From an uncultured Bacteroidota bacterium (lineage in GTDB: Bacteria; Bacteroidota; Bacteroidia; Chitinophagales; Chitinophagaceae), in the NCBI GenBank assembly GCA_963746915.1, contig CAVVDD010000011.1, forward strand, positions 34,834 to 98,833: 64,000 nucleotides of DNA, read 5' to 3'. Below are positions 1 to 9,522 of this stretch, piece by piece (positions within the stretch are counted from its first letter, which is position 1; every line of letters begins with the position of its first letter). The position numbers and the translations under genes were made by a program. The notes under the pieces were generated by a model, which did no database searches, had not been told where the DNA came from, and saw only the letters and a list, made by a program, of their open reading frames with translations.

Positions 1-150
1 TTTACCATCATGGCAGCAGGGAAATTTAAACTGTCTGTTTGCAGTAATACTTCTTCCACCGCTGCACGCAAACCGTATAATAATATGTACACCATATTCC
101 TTGCAACGGGGTCATTCATATTCCATTGTTGCGATTTTAACTTTACCAGG

Positions 151-537
151 TTACGTAAACCGGTTATAATAATCAGTGAGCCATGGTATTTGATCCTGCT
201 GCACGGCAATCAGCGACGCCAGAACAAAATAATTATTTTCAATTTTTATCCATCCCGAATCCGCTGCAGTTATATTTTTAGTTTGTAGGGCCAGTTCATC
301 TTCAAGAATTGTTTTATGAACAGTAATAAATGAATCCAGTTTTGCTTTATCCATTTGTTTAGCCTGTCTGAACAATTCTTCCAGTTGCAACCACTGACCA
401 TCTCTGTTCCATTCAAAAGGTTTATTTACTGTTTCTGTAACGATATTTTTTTCTTTGCCATCCGGGATCAACAGCAGCAAGTAAATAATAACCAACCCTA
501 TAATAAAATACAGGATTTTTTTTGTGGATTTTTTCAT
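151..537 (-). CDS. hypothetical membrane-anchored protein (possibly continues past the window start through a frameshift)
   Basis: From track ORF 151..636. I place the start at the internal MKKSTKKILYFIIGLVIIYLLLL, an N-terminal TM anchor. No family recognised. After the stop at 151, another minus frame stays open to base 1 (NLVKLKSQQWNMNDPVARNMVYILLYGLRAAVEEV...). Confidence 0.45.
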   Translation of the reverse strand: MKKSTKKILYFIIGLVIIYLLLLIPDGKEKNIVTETVNKPFEWNRDGQWLQLEELFRQAKQMDKAKLDSFITVHKTILEDELALQTKNITAADSGWIKIENNYFVLASLIAVQQDQIPWLTDYYNRFT

Positions 538-684
538 TTGTCGAAGGACTCCTTTGGAGAAATTTTCAAGAAATAAATGGATAAGATAAGATATTTTAAA
601 ATATTGAATTGCCTTAGTCCCAAAGGAGCAGGCCAAATTCTTGTCACTTACGAGCTCAATAATTTTTTATAGTACATTTATTTA

Positions 685-1512
685 ATGGCTACCACCTGCT
701 TAAACTGCGGAACAGAGTTAATGGATCGTCAAAATTTTTGTCCTAATTGCGGTCAAAAAACCGATACGCCACGAATTAGTTTTTTATATCTGGCTAAAGA
801 GTTTTTGCTTGTATTTGCTCACACCGATAAAGGGTTGTTTAATTTAATAAAAAGGCTGGCTGTTAATCCAGGCCAGGTAGCAACAGATTATGCAGAAGGA
901 AGACGAAAAAGATATTTCAATCCATTTGGATTTCTTGTGATATGCATTGCTTTCTCTTTCCCAATATACAATCTTGTGAAACCAACACAGGATCTTCCTC
1001 AACCTGAATTTGAAAATCTGCAAAGGATACCCGCCGATCTGCAACTATTAGCTTTGAATGCAAAAGACAGGGCTCAGGCTGTTCAGCATTTTTTCGATAA
1101 ATACATAAACCTGATCTCTGTGTTTGTTGCCCCTTATTTTGCTTTTATGCTTTGGCTTTTTTTCCGCCGACGTAAAAGAAATATTGCCGAGATCACACTT
1201 GCATATACATTATTCATCGGTTTTGGTAATATCATTTCTGTTATTATTTTTTATCCGCTGATGGCTATTTTTAAAAGCCCCGCTTCATTTACTGTTTTGC
1301 TTTGGATAAGTATGTTTGTGCAGATAAGTTATGATGCATGGGGTATGAAAACATTTTTTCAATATAAAACTGCCGGGGGATTTATAAAAGTATTATCTGC
1401 ATTATTACTGATTGGTTTCATAGGCCTCCTCTTCCTCTTAGTTTTTCTTTTCTTTTATGTTTATCAGGGTTCTGCTGAATTACTATATTATTTATCTCAA
1501 CCTAAAAATTAA
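685..1512 (+). CDS. DUF3667-like zinc-ribbon membrane protein
   Basis: N-terminal double CxxC (CLNCG...CPNCG), then RISF.. and several hydrophobic helices. This pattern matches DUF3667 proteins as I remember them. Confidence 0.65.
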   Translation: MATTCLNCGTELMDRQNFCPNCGQKTDTPRISFLYLAKEFLLVFAHTDKGLFNLIKRLAVNPGQVATDYAEGRRKRYFNPFGFLVICIAFSFPIYNLVKPTQDLPQPEFENLQRIPADLQLLALNAKDRAQAVQHFFDKYINLISVFVAPYFAFMLWLFFRRRKRNIAEITLAYTLFIGFGNIISVIIFYPLMAIFKSPASFTVLLWISMFVQISYDAWGMKTFFQYKTAGGFIKVLSALLLIGFIGLLFLLVFLFFYVYQGSAELLYYLSQPKN

Positions 1513-1715
1513 TTGATCAACGAACGATGAAAAATTGTCATAGGTAGCATGAAACCTGCTTATTTGGTATTTATCCAACGGGAGTATTTAGTTTCTTCCG
1601 CCACATCCATAAAACTTTCAAATGATATTTTACATACTGCATTATACAACCTCCAAATTAAGATCCAATTCTTTCGGGAGCGTCTTCTCAATAAGTAAAA
1701 ATGAATGACTCACAT

Positions 1716-2510
1716 TCAATTTTGTTTACAACTAAGCATAAACATAATACCTGCTCTGAACTCCAGTATTCTCAGCGGTGAAGTATAAACCTGTGCTACC
1801 TTATGTTCATGTATAGACTGAGTGCTGGCATTTATAAATTGTACATTCAATGGTTTTCCATCGGGATCACTTGTGGACGGTGCGTCCATAAGATGTTTGG
1901 TATTGATATAACTGATCTCGCCTCCCCGGATAGTATTGGCGCTGATGTCGATCATTAGTTTGCTACTATGTTTGTTCTTTGAAAAGATCGTCGGGTTTAT
2001 CTGTAGACCACCACCGGCACTCCAGTACATAGTTTTATCGTTCATTATAGTTTCTTGTTCAAGGGCATGACAGCCACCATCATCTTCGGGATCACCAATG
2101 TATATCGAACTATAAAAACTGTATAAACCTCCTTTTGCATTGATATAAGGGATAATAAAATTTTTATCGCTTAGCAGGTTAAATCTTGCCTGTAGGTTTA
2201 CATTAAATGTATTACTGCTGTAATCAACAGGTAAAACAGTTGCAGTACTATTATCAAACTGAAAAGTTTGATCTATTTTTTCATGTGCATATATACCAAT
2301 ACCAACTTCCATCCCTACAGATAATCTTTTTAATTCTCCGGGCAATTGATATAATACACCTGTCAGCATGCTATGAACCGGTTGAATGTTCTTACTTAGA
2401 TCCTGTTTCGGTAATCCCAGGCTATAACCGGTGGTTAATTTCCATTGCTGGCTGTTAGCGGAGAAAAATAAACAACTCATCAGAAGCGTAGAAATGAACT
2501 TCATAGACAA
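1716..2510 (-). CDS. hypothetical outer-membrane beta-barrel-like protein with signal peptide
   Basis: 264-aa ORF. Signal peptide MKFISTLLMSCLFFSANSQ, alternating hydrophobic pattern, Gly/Tyr/Ser rich. No family named. Confidence 0.55.
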   Translation of the reverse strand: MSMKFISTLLMSCLFFSANSQQWKLTTGYSLGLPKQDLSKNIQPVHSMLTGVLYQLPGELKRLSVGMEVGIGIYAHEKIDQTFQFDNSTATVLPVDYSSNTFNVNLQARFNLLSDKNFIIPYINAKGGLYSFYSSIYIGDPEDDGGCHALEQETIMNDKTMYWSAGGGLQINPTIFSKNKHSSKLMIDISANTIRGGEISYINTKHLMDAPSTSDPDGKPLNVQFINASTQSIHEHKVAQVYTSPLRILEFRAGIMFMLSCKQN

Positions 2511-2648
2511 AAGTTTTTGGTTAACGGATAAAAAGTCAAATCCAATTTACACCTATCGCCAGGCGAAATAAAATAAATCCTGTTAAATCCGGCCAAAATT
2601 TAATGTCATAGAATTGCGAGGCCGTCTTTTGAAGAAAGTATCAACCTG

Positions 2649-2852
2649 ATGCAGGAAACATTTATTGCTGCCTACGTGAACCTTGAAAAATCTGAGGGCC
2701 GTTTATCTTTTAAAACATGGGTAACTCGTATCATGTTGGATCAATGTTACCAGAGATCCCGGAAGCCGACTTTTAAAAAGGAAAAAGCAAATGAAATTCT
2801 TAATGAAAAAACAACTCCAATGTTTGAAAGTGATCAGCAAACAATAAGATAA
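2649..2852 (+). pseudogene. remnant of an ECF sigma-70 factor (region 2 only)
   Basis: QETFIAAYVNLEKSEGRLSFKTWVTRIMLDQCYQRSRK matches the sigma-70 region 2 consensus (QETFxxAxxxLxxFxGxSxFxTWLxRIxxNxCxxxxRK). An upstream in-frame stop removes the N-terminus. A stop after 67 aa removes region 4. Confidence 0.5.
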
Positions 2853-2865
2853 AATTTAGTTGCCG

Positions 2866-4035
2866 TTAATTTGAACTTCGTGGTTTGTAATTTTCAATAC
2901 ACCTTACACTGCATCCTTCACCAAAAAAGAACGCATAGTATCCTAAAGGACCGGAACCCAGCCCAAAATTAAGGGCAGGCCGGATTTCATCTGAAGAGCG
3001 GTCGCTGGTCCAGAAATATGCCGTGATAGAAAAATTCCAATATTTGCCATCAGAACTCCTGGTACCTGCAGGCATGGCTGAAAAACCACTTGCATTGCTG
3101 TTAGTGCCGGGTTTGTCTGCTATCCACTTATCTGTTGTTTTCATTTTTTTTGATGCTTCATCCCTGCCTCCAAGAAAATTCGCTAAGGTCACCACTTCTG
3201 GCCCGGTGGGTATGCGCCAGCCTTTTGGAGCCAGGCCTCGTGGATCATTTACAGCGTACCAGTTATACAATTTTCCAACTTCGGGTTTGTTGTATTGATT
3301 ATTACACCATGCAGGCTGACCTAGTTCACTCGCCTTCTTCCATTCTTCGGCTGTTTTGGCCTCAGCGATAAGATCCCCATTTCTAAATCGATCTGTATCC
3401 AGGTTCTTTTGCATCCAGACCTGGTTTCCAATCTTAACATTTGGTATTGAAACATTATCGGAATTTGTTTTGCTGGCTTCATTTCCTTTTCCGTAGTAAA
3501 TAATAAAGGCTCCCATAACATCTTCACTTGGATCCGGAATTGCTTCTAATACCAGCTTGTTGGTTTTTAATACCACTTTCAATTTTTCATTCAGGTGAAA
3601 ATCTCCGAACATGGGGAAAGTCATAATACTATACCCTGTGTTTTCATAATATTTTAAATGGATCTGAACTTCCTTTCTTTTAATTTTATCATCAGATCCC
3701 TGGGAGTTGTAGTTTAACTTTCCTGTCGTCAATTCCGTCGTATAACTTAATTCCAGTCCTTTAAACTCGATATCACTTTTAAATATTTGCTTTGCTATTT
3801 CATAAATAGGGTCTGTATTTTTAATGATCTCATTTTTTAATTCTTTATCATTCTCCGCCTCATTCATTTTGATCCAGGCATTTATTAATTTTTCTTTGTC
3901 AGCTTTGGAATCATCAAAGTAAATTATGTTTCCAAAAAAATTCATTTTTTCAAAAGCCCATTTGCCCTCCAACTTTTGTGCATTTGATATGAAGCTGAAA
4001 AAAAAGAGAGGCAATGCAAATAAGATCTTTTTCAT
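2866..4035 (-). CDS. FISUMP (Fibrobacter succinogenes major paralogous) domain protein, secreted
   Basis: Signal peptide MKKILFALPLFFFSFISNAQ. C-terminal half has VKIGNQVWMQKNLD...GKLYNWYAV...APKGWRIPT...GTRSSDGKYW...AYFWTSD...CSVRCI, typical of TIGR02145-type domains. Confidence 0.75.
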   Translation of the reverse strand: MKKILFALPLFFFSFISNAQKLEGKWAFEKMNFFGNIIYFDDSKADKEKLINAWIKMNEAENDKELKNEIIKNTDPIYEIAKQIFKSDIEFKGLELSYTTELTTGKLNYNSQGSDDKIKRKEVQIHLKYYENTGYSIMTFPMFGDFHLNEKLKVVLKTNKLVLEAIPDPSEDVMGAFIIYYGKGNEASKTNSDNVSIPNVKIGNQVWMQKNLDTDRFRNGDLIAEAKTAEEWKKASELGQPAWCNNQYNKPEVGKLYNWYAVNDPRGLAPKGWRIPTGPEVVTLANFLGGRDEASKKMKTTDKWIADKPGTNSNASGFSAMPAGTRSSDGKYWNFSITAYFWTSDRSSDEIRPALNFGLGSGPLGYYAFFFGEGCSVRCIENYKPRSSN

Positions 4036-4103
4036 GTTTGTGTTTTAGAATAGCTAATTTGAGTTTGCCTGTTTACCGGCCAGGGAAAGTAATTAAAAAC
4101 AGT

Positions 4104-5630
4104 TCAGTCTTTTATTATTCGGCTAAGCATGTCCGTGTATTGGAGGAGATATTCAGTGCTAAGCGTCTGTCCTTTTTTTACTTTTAAAATATATTCTTTG
4201 AGTGAGCTGGTTTTATTTCCTGCTTCATCAAAATATTCAGTGATGTCTGTATCATAATCAATTTTTTCTTTTGGCTTTCCGTTGGAGTACCATGCCATGG
4301 CTTTTCCGGTTGGTTTATTATTAAAATAGGTGGTCTCGAATTTTTTTTGACCATTCTCATACCATGCAATGTATTTTCCATTTACAGTCTTGCTATCCCG
4401 CATGGTTGCCTTTATGCCGGGTTTCCCATTTGAATAATACTCTGTGAACTCAAGCAGATCATCCACAAATTCAATAACAAACCATGTTTTTCCATCTTCA
4501 TAAAAATAATTGACCAGTTCTTTTCCATTAGCGTCTTTTTTAATTTCCATAGCCCGAACGCCGTTATTATGATAGTAAAAAGGAAGCGGGTCTTTCATCA
4601 GTTCATCATTTTTGAAATAGGCTTCAAATTTTGATTTACCATCGGCGTACCACCCACTGCATTTGCCATTCAAATTGCCATTGGAATATACCGCTACTTT
4701 TCTTTTTTTACCATTGTCATAATAATAGGTGACGGTTCCTTCAAACAGACCATTTTCAACTTTACCTTCAATTGCTTTTTTTCCGTTTTCATGATAAACT
4801 TTATAGCTGCCTTCAATTTTTTGGTTTTCATAGCTATACTCTGACCTCAAATTTCCATTCTCATGATATCCTTTGTAACTGCCTTCATAAATGTCTTTAT
4901 TATAGTTCGCTTCAGAGGAAAGGTTACCGTTCTCAAAATAATAACTGTATTTACCTTGTTTTACAATTGGTGCGATCATCAAGGCTTCACCGGTCATTTG
5001 TAATTTTCCACTTTTATAATAATCATTAACCAGCCAGTTGCCATTCGATTTTTTACTTATGGTTCTGTAGTACACCGCTTCATTGGCCGGGCAGGGAAGC
5101 CAATTTTTATCATAGTATATTTTTTCAGCTGTTACTTCTTTGCGTTTGATCTGGTTGACCAGCTGATAAGCTTTTTTCGAATCCATGGTGGAGCTTTGAG
5201 TATGAGAATACACCACTTGCTGGTTTCCATCCATGAAGAAGATCTTGGGAAGATAATTGGTGATCGTTGCTTTCAGGAATACATTGTCGCGGTCATTCAA
5301 TACTTCTACATGCTTCCATCTGCGGGCATGATCAAATACTTTGGAAGTAGAAATTCCTGACTCCACATTAATAGCTATGATCTTTACCTGTGTACCGGCG
5401 AAAAATACATATTCGTCGTCAAGATCATCAATAAAGTCAACACATTCTTCGCACCAGGACGTTGAATAAGGTACAACGATGATCGGGTTATCAAAATCAG
5501 AGATAGATGCAGTGCTGACCGAGCGACCTGCTTTATCATATAATACAGCTTTGGGTAGTCCGAATGTTAATTGTGCTGAAATTCCTAGATAAAAACAAGC
5601 GCCAAGAAGGGTAACGACAATTCTTTTCAT
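4104..5630 (-). CDS. secreted thioredoxin-like (WCEEC) domain protein with MORN-variant (YwqK-like) repeats
   Basis: Start placed at MKRIVVTLLGACFYLGISAQ (signal peptide) rather than the track start at 5756. CxxC motif WCEEC. Repeated YxENGxLxxExxYxxxxxEG modules fill the C-terminal two thirds. Confidence 0.7.
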   Translation of the reverse strand: MKRIVVTLLGACFYLGISAQLTFGLPKAVLYDKAGRSVSTASISDFDNPIIVVPYSTSWCEECVDFIDDLDDEYVFFAGTQVKIIAINVESGISTSKVFDHARRWKHVEVLNDRDNVFLKATITNYLPKIFFMDGNQQVVYSHTQSSTMDSKKAYQLVNQIKRKEVTAEKIYYDKNWLPCPANEAVYYRTISKKSNGNWLVNDYYKSGKLQMTGEALMIAPIVKQGKYSYYFENGNLSSEANYNKDIYEGSYKGYHENGNLRSEYSYENQKIEGSYKVYHENGKKAIEGKVENGLFEGTVTYYYDNGKKRKVAVYSNGNLNGKCSGWYADGKSKFEAYFKNDELMKDPLPFYYHNNGVRAMEIKKDANGKELVNYFYEDGKTWFVIEFVDDLLEFTEYYSNGKPGIKATMRDSKTVNGKYIAWYENGQKKFETTYFNNKPTGKAMAWYSNGKPKEKIDYDTDITEYFDEAGNKTSSLKEYILKVKKGQTLSTEYLLQYTDMLSRIIKD

Positions 5631-5727
5631 ATAAGTAGGATTCTTTGATCGGCCGCAAATATAAAGAAACAATTTATATAGCAATAAATGTTTAATGGGC
5701 CGGAGGAATTGTTGACTAAGGTTACGA

Positions 5728-7872
5728 CTATTTCTTTTTTTCCACTTCACTAACAAAACTCCGGATATTCAGATCCTGCGAAGGATTAGGAATTTGAATA
5801 CCTTCTTTCTTGAATGCTTCGTCTATTGTCCCGATCATATCACTTTTTATTTGGATCCAGGTAGAATAATGTTCGATCCAGAATAGAACCCTGAACTCAA
5901 CGGCATTGCTGCCGAGTTCTTTTATTAATACCAATGGTTTGGGGAAATGCATGATCCTTTTATCGTCGGCCAAAAGATCCAGCAGCAGCTTTTTAGCTTT
6001 TTCAAGGTCGGTGCCGTATGCTACGCCTGTCACTATCTCCACACGACGGTTACTGTTTCCTCTTGTCCAGTTTATCACCTGCTCGTTTAGAAGATTCCCA
6101 TTGGGAATAATGACATCAGCTCCATCCCATGTAGTTATTATACTACTTCGGAAACCTATTGATTTCATGGTCCCTGATTGTCCTCCGAACTCAATCACAT
6201 CACCCACATTAATGGGTTTTTCAAATGCGAGGATCAATCCACTCACCAGGTTACTGATGAGGGATTGCAAACCAAAACCGATACCCACACTTAATGCTCC
6301 TAAAATTATCGCCAGCCTGTCCATTGGAATGCCTGCAGCTGAAAACGCTAATAACACGCCAATACTTATTATTGAAATTCGTATCAGTAACAACCAACTG
6401 CCAACACCTCCCTTTTTTCCGCGACTGGTTACAACACCTTTCTCACTCGAAGCAAAAAATGTAACAATGCTGGAAACTATGCCAGACAAAAAAAGGATGA
6501 GGAAAAAAACAAAAACACTTTGGATAGTAAAAGAAGTTTCGCCAATTGTTCTTTCTGTCTCCATGAAATCGGTAAACTGTTGAGAGATCTTTCTGAAGAA
6601 ATAGAAGCTCCGTCCAAATAAAATAAACCAACCGATCAAAAGCAGCCAATAAAATATTGGCGGCGCTTTTTTGCCTACCGTTTCAAAATTGATATACAAG
6701 GTTTTTTTGTCAGGTGTTTTGTATACCTGTGGAGCGATGGTCAGTATTTCATTGATCATACGTATTACCCAGAAAAATAGTATGGCATTCGTAAGACCGA
6801 AAATACCGCTGGTTAAAAAAGATTTTGCAAAATTATACCTTCCATAAATGTTGGCTATTGCAGCTGTAAGTTCCATCAAAATAAAGAAACCGATAAAGAT
6901 CCGTATCCCTCTTTCTTTTAATGCTTGCCGGCGGCCGCCTATTAAAAAGAAAAGACCATAGCCTACACATGTTAATGACAGTATAAGCATTCCATATCTT
7001 TCAGTGCGGGATGACTGAAGTATTAAGTTGTCGATAATTGCCAGGAGAAACAACAGTAACATTATATACCAGGCAGACCTCCAGTATTTGATAATGAAAT
7101 TCCGGAAAATAAATGTAAGGGTCAGCGCTGAAATGATCCATAATATAACACTGAATATAAATGGTGGTTCCCGGAAAATAAATTGGAAAACACATAAGAC
7201 AATAAATATCGATGACAAAACCGGGTAACCTAAAACCAGGTATTCTTGCTTATCAGCAGTCAACGGATCAGCTGACCGTAATTTTTTCTTCAGGTTTTTT
7301 AAAAACATTGTTAGTCCTGCGATCAACAGGAGCAGGAATACAATTTTGCCAGAATTATTCTTTGAATAAAAAGAAAGAACCAGCTTCGTTTTTTCTTTTG
7401 ACAGGAAAAAAATTTCTTTTAAAGGTCTTCTGAAAGCAACCGGCTCCCAGAGATTGACTGTTTCCTTATCCGACAAAGAAACGGCAAGTTGCTCCCTGTA
7501 CTTTTCAATTTGCTCAATACCATCTTCCAGCTTAACGGTAACAAAATTCACCCTGTTTTGTAATAACTGTACTTTTTGGATCGCCTTTTTAAGAAGTGTA
7601 TCCGCGGGTCTCATTTCTTTTGTCACCAGTGCTACTTTGCTGATAAGATTTATTAGGCTGATAGAATCCGAAGGCAATTCAATAAGAATACTGTCGCTGG
7701 CAAGGGAGTCAATATTGTTCTGGAAACCAACCAGGTTTCTAAGATAGGATTCCAGTGAATGTTTTGAAATTACTGCACGGTTAAGTAACTCTCTTAAAAG
7801 TGATGATGTAGTAGCAAGGTTTCTTTCTGTTTGCGTGGTGCCTTTATTTGTAAAAATACCATCACCGGCCAC
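5728..7872 (-). CDS. mechanosensitive ion channel, MscS family (MscK/KefA-like large form)
   Basis: About 10 TM helices followed by the MscS core LISNLVSGLILAFEKPINVGDVIEFGGQSGTMKSIGFRSSIITTWDGADVIIPNGNL. The track start is a GTG. The frame remains open upstream to 7935. Confidence 0.8.
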   Translation of the reverse strand: MAGDGIFTNKGTTQTERNLATTSSLLRELLNRAVISKHSLESYLRNLVGFQNNIDSLASDSILIELPSDSISLINLISKVALVTKEMRPADTLLKKAIQKVQLLQNRVNFVTVKLEDGIEQIEKYREQLAVSLSDKETVNLWEPVAFRRPLKEIFFLSKEKTKLVLSFYSKNNSGKIVFLLLLIAGLTMFLKNLKKKLRSADPLTADKQEYLVLGYPVLSSIFIVLCVFQFIFREPPFIFSVILWIISALTLTFIFRNFIIKYWRSAWYIMLLLFLLAIIDNLILQSSRTERYGMLILSLTCVGYGLFFLIGGRRQALKERGIRIFIGFFILMELTAAIANIYGRYNFAKSFLTSGIFGLTNAILFFWVIRMINEILTIAPQVYKTPDKKTLYINFETVGKKAPPIFYWLLLIGWFILFGRSFYFFRKISQQFTDFMETERTIGETSFTIQSVFVFFLILFLSGIVSSIVTFFASSEKGVVTSRGKKGGVGSWLLLIRISIISIGVLLAFSAAGIPMDRLAIILGALSVGIGFGLQSLISNLVSGLILAFEKPINVGDVIEFGGQSGTMKSIGFRSSIITTWDGADVIIPNGNLLNEQVINWTRGNSNRRVEIVTGVAYGTDLEKAKKLLLDLLADDKRIMHFPKPLVLIKELGSNAVEFRVLFWIEHYSTWIQIKSDMIGTIDEAFKKEGIQIPNPSQDLNIRSFVSEVEKKK

Positions 7873-7921
7873 ATCATATAAGCGAAGTATATAATCAAGT
7901 TGAGAGCCTATACCTGCTGTA

Positions 7922-8218
7922 TCAATCCCGTGTTTCTAAGTAATCATTTGCTTTTTGAGAAACCTCCAGGATATCATCAAGCACCTTATTCTGTCTTGCA
8001 GTGATCTTATCCCGATTGAGCTGGTCAATATTTTTTTTGATCTCATCAGCTACCCGTTGTCTAAGCGGGATCAAAACTTCTTTGGTTACTGTATCTGTTA
8101 TGATAGTGTCGTGAACAAGTGGTTTCGGCTTGACAAGAGTGTCCTGCTGGGCCGATGCAATAATGCAAAAGGAAGATGCAAGGATAAGTAAAGAGATGTG
8201 TAGTAACTTTCTTGCCAT
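7922..8218 (-). CDS. probable N-terminal (signal peptide) fragment of the MscK-like channel, split off by one frameshift
   Basis: 98-aa ORF with signal peptide MARKLLHISLLILASSFCIIASAQ. Its last codons overlap the open upstream extension of the 5728..7872 frame (KHGIDTAGIGSQLDYILRLYDVAGDG). Confidence 0.5.
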   Translation of the reverse strand: MARKLLHISLLILASSFCIIASAQQDTLVKPKPLVHDTIITDTVTKEVLIPLRQRVADEIKKNIDQLNRDKITARQNKVLDDILEVSQKANDYLETRD

Positions 8219-8343
8219 TACAAGTTTATTAATTCATGATTGAAACGATCACAAAAGCAATAGACAAAGAGAAATTACGAAGAAATTGTTTATCAACTCA
8301 TGATCAAATAAGTTTCAACTAAGTACGATCGATGTTCCGGTTT

Positions 8344-8892
8344 TTAAAATTTACTAAACTTGAATTTCTGTCCGCCAACTGAAGCTTCGTACATCAATCC
8401 GCCTTTTTGCTGTGTGTATATCATGACACCTTCACTGTATTTTGCATTTGCAGAAGCACCTGCTGTTGCAGCAACTGCTGATGCCTGTGCAGAAAATTCA
8501 ACATTATTTTTTTTGAACCGGTCTATCGACTCCTGGTTCTCAAAAAATATTAATTCCCTGTAAGCCTGCCCTCCTAATTGAAAACCTATGCTTACCTGCG
8601 ACAATTTTGCTTTGCCTATCATTACGCCTCTTTCATAAACAATACCATTTCCGGATGCGCCACCAACACCCACGGCACCTTTGCCGACATTGGGAAAAAT
8701 AACGTAGCCAGTAGCACTTGCAAATAAATTGCTTAATAAACCATCTGACTTAATGAATTCTGCTTTCGCAGAATCGCAATCTTGTATTAACTCCTTGTCT
8801 TTTTTGGATTGCGAATTAGCAGAGTTTGCAAATAAAAATACTGAAGAAAACAACAATGAGCGGATGATGAGTGTGATTGAATACTTTTTCAT
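8344..8892 (-). CDS. SYLF (Ysc84/DUF500) lipid-binding domain protein, secreted
   Basis: Signal peptide, then GYVIFPNVGKGAVGVGGASGNGIVY...SIGFQLGGQAY...FSAQASAVAATAGA...GGLMYEASVGGQKF, characteristic of the SYLF domain. Confidence 0.75.
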   Translation of the reverse strand: MKKYSITLIIRSLLFSSVFLFANSANSQSKKDKELIQDCDSAKAEFIKSDGLLSNLFASATGYVIFPNVGKGAVGVGGASGNGIVYERGVMIGKAKLSQVSIGFQLGGQAYRELIFFENQESIDRFKKNNVEFSAQASAVAATAGASANAKYSEGVMIYTQQKGGLMYEASVGGQKFKFSKF

Positions 8893-9182
8893 GTTTAATA
8901 AGGTTTAATTTACAAATCAGGAATATGAATTAGATCGTTATTATTTTAAAAAAATGTTTTATCCAAATGCTTTTATTAGCAGTTGCTTAGCAAAAGTCTT
9001 TAGTATTTCAAGGCAGGAAAGTTCTACTAAAACACCGGTCAACCATAAAGAGACACGGTGTTTAGTGCAGGGGTTTGCTCGTGTTATGAAGTTACAGGTT
9101 TTAATGATTCGGAATGCTCATGATTGAAAAGAAATTACTCAATAGTTTTTTAGCTATGGGTAATAATGATTCCCGATATTTT

Positions 9183-9488
9183 TTAGTGCACTAAAAGCTT
9201 TGTTGTGTATTGCTGGTCCGCTGTATTTGCTTGTATAATATAAATTCCCGGTAGCAGTTGATTGTTCAGCTTTATAAATCCGTTGCCATCAAACCGTATA
9301 TTGGTCAAGATTATACGCCGGCCTGTGATATCTCCTATACTCACTTTCGCCATTTCATTTTTGATTGCCGGTATGCGTAAATATTTTTTTTCACCAGTTT
9401 TTATTGGATTGGGAAATATTTGTGAATAAACAAAGCTGCTATCTTTATCAACTTGAGTTGGTTTTATTGTTACTTTTAAAAAGAATTC
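9183..9488 (-). pseudogene. orphan T9SS C-terminal sorting domain (gene remnant without N-terminal part)
   Basis: My translation of the minus strand: ...SSFVYSQIFPNPIKTGEKKYLRIPAIKNEMAKVSIGDITGRRIILTNIRFDGNGFIKLNNQLLPGIYIIQANTADQQYTTKLLVH*. This is the classic Por/T9SS CTD pattern. The frame is closed by stops just upstream (9489..9503) and has no usable start, so it is absent from the ORF track. Confidence 0.55.
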
Positions 9489-9522
9489 TTACCAATTTCA
9501 TTAACCATTAAAAAACTTAACC

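Noticed and set aside
10-288. 92-aa plus-strand ORF at the window start
   Set aside because: Antisense to the more protein-like minus-strand reading. Its start is non-canonical and no motif was seen.
5906-6583. 225-aa plus-strand ORF
   Set aside because: Lies entirely antisense to the strongly supported MscS channel gene. Its Ser/Pro/Arg-rich composition is typical of a shadow ORF.
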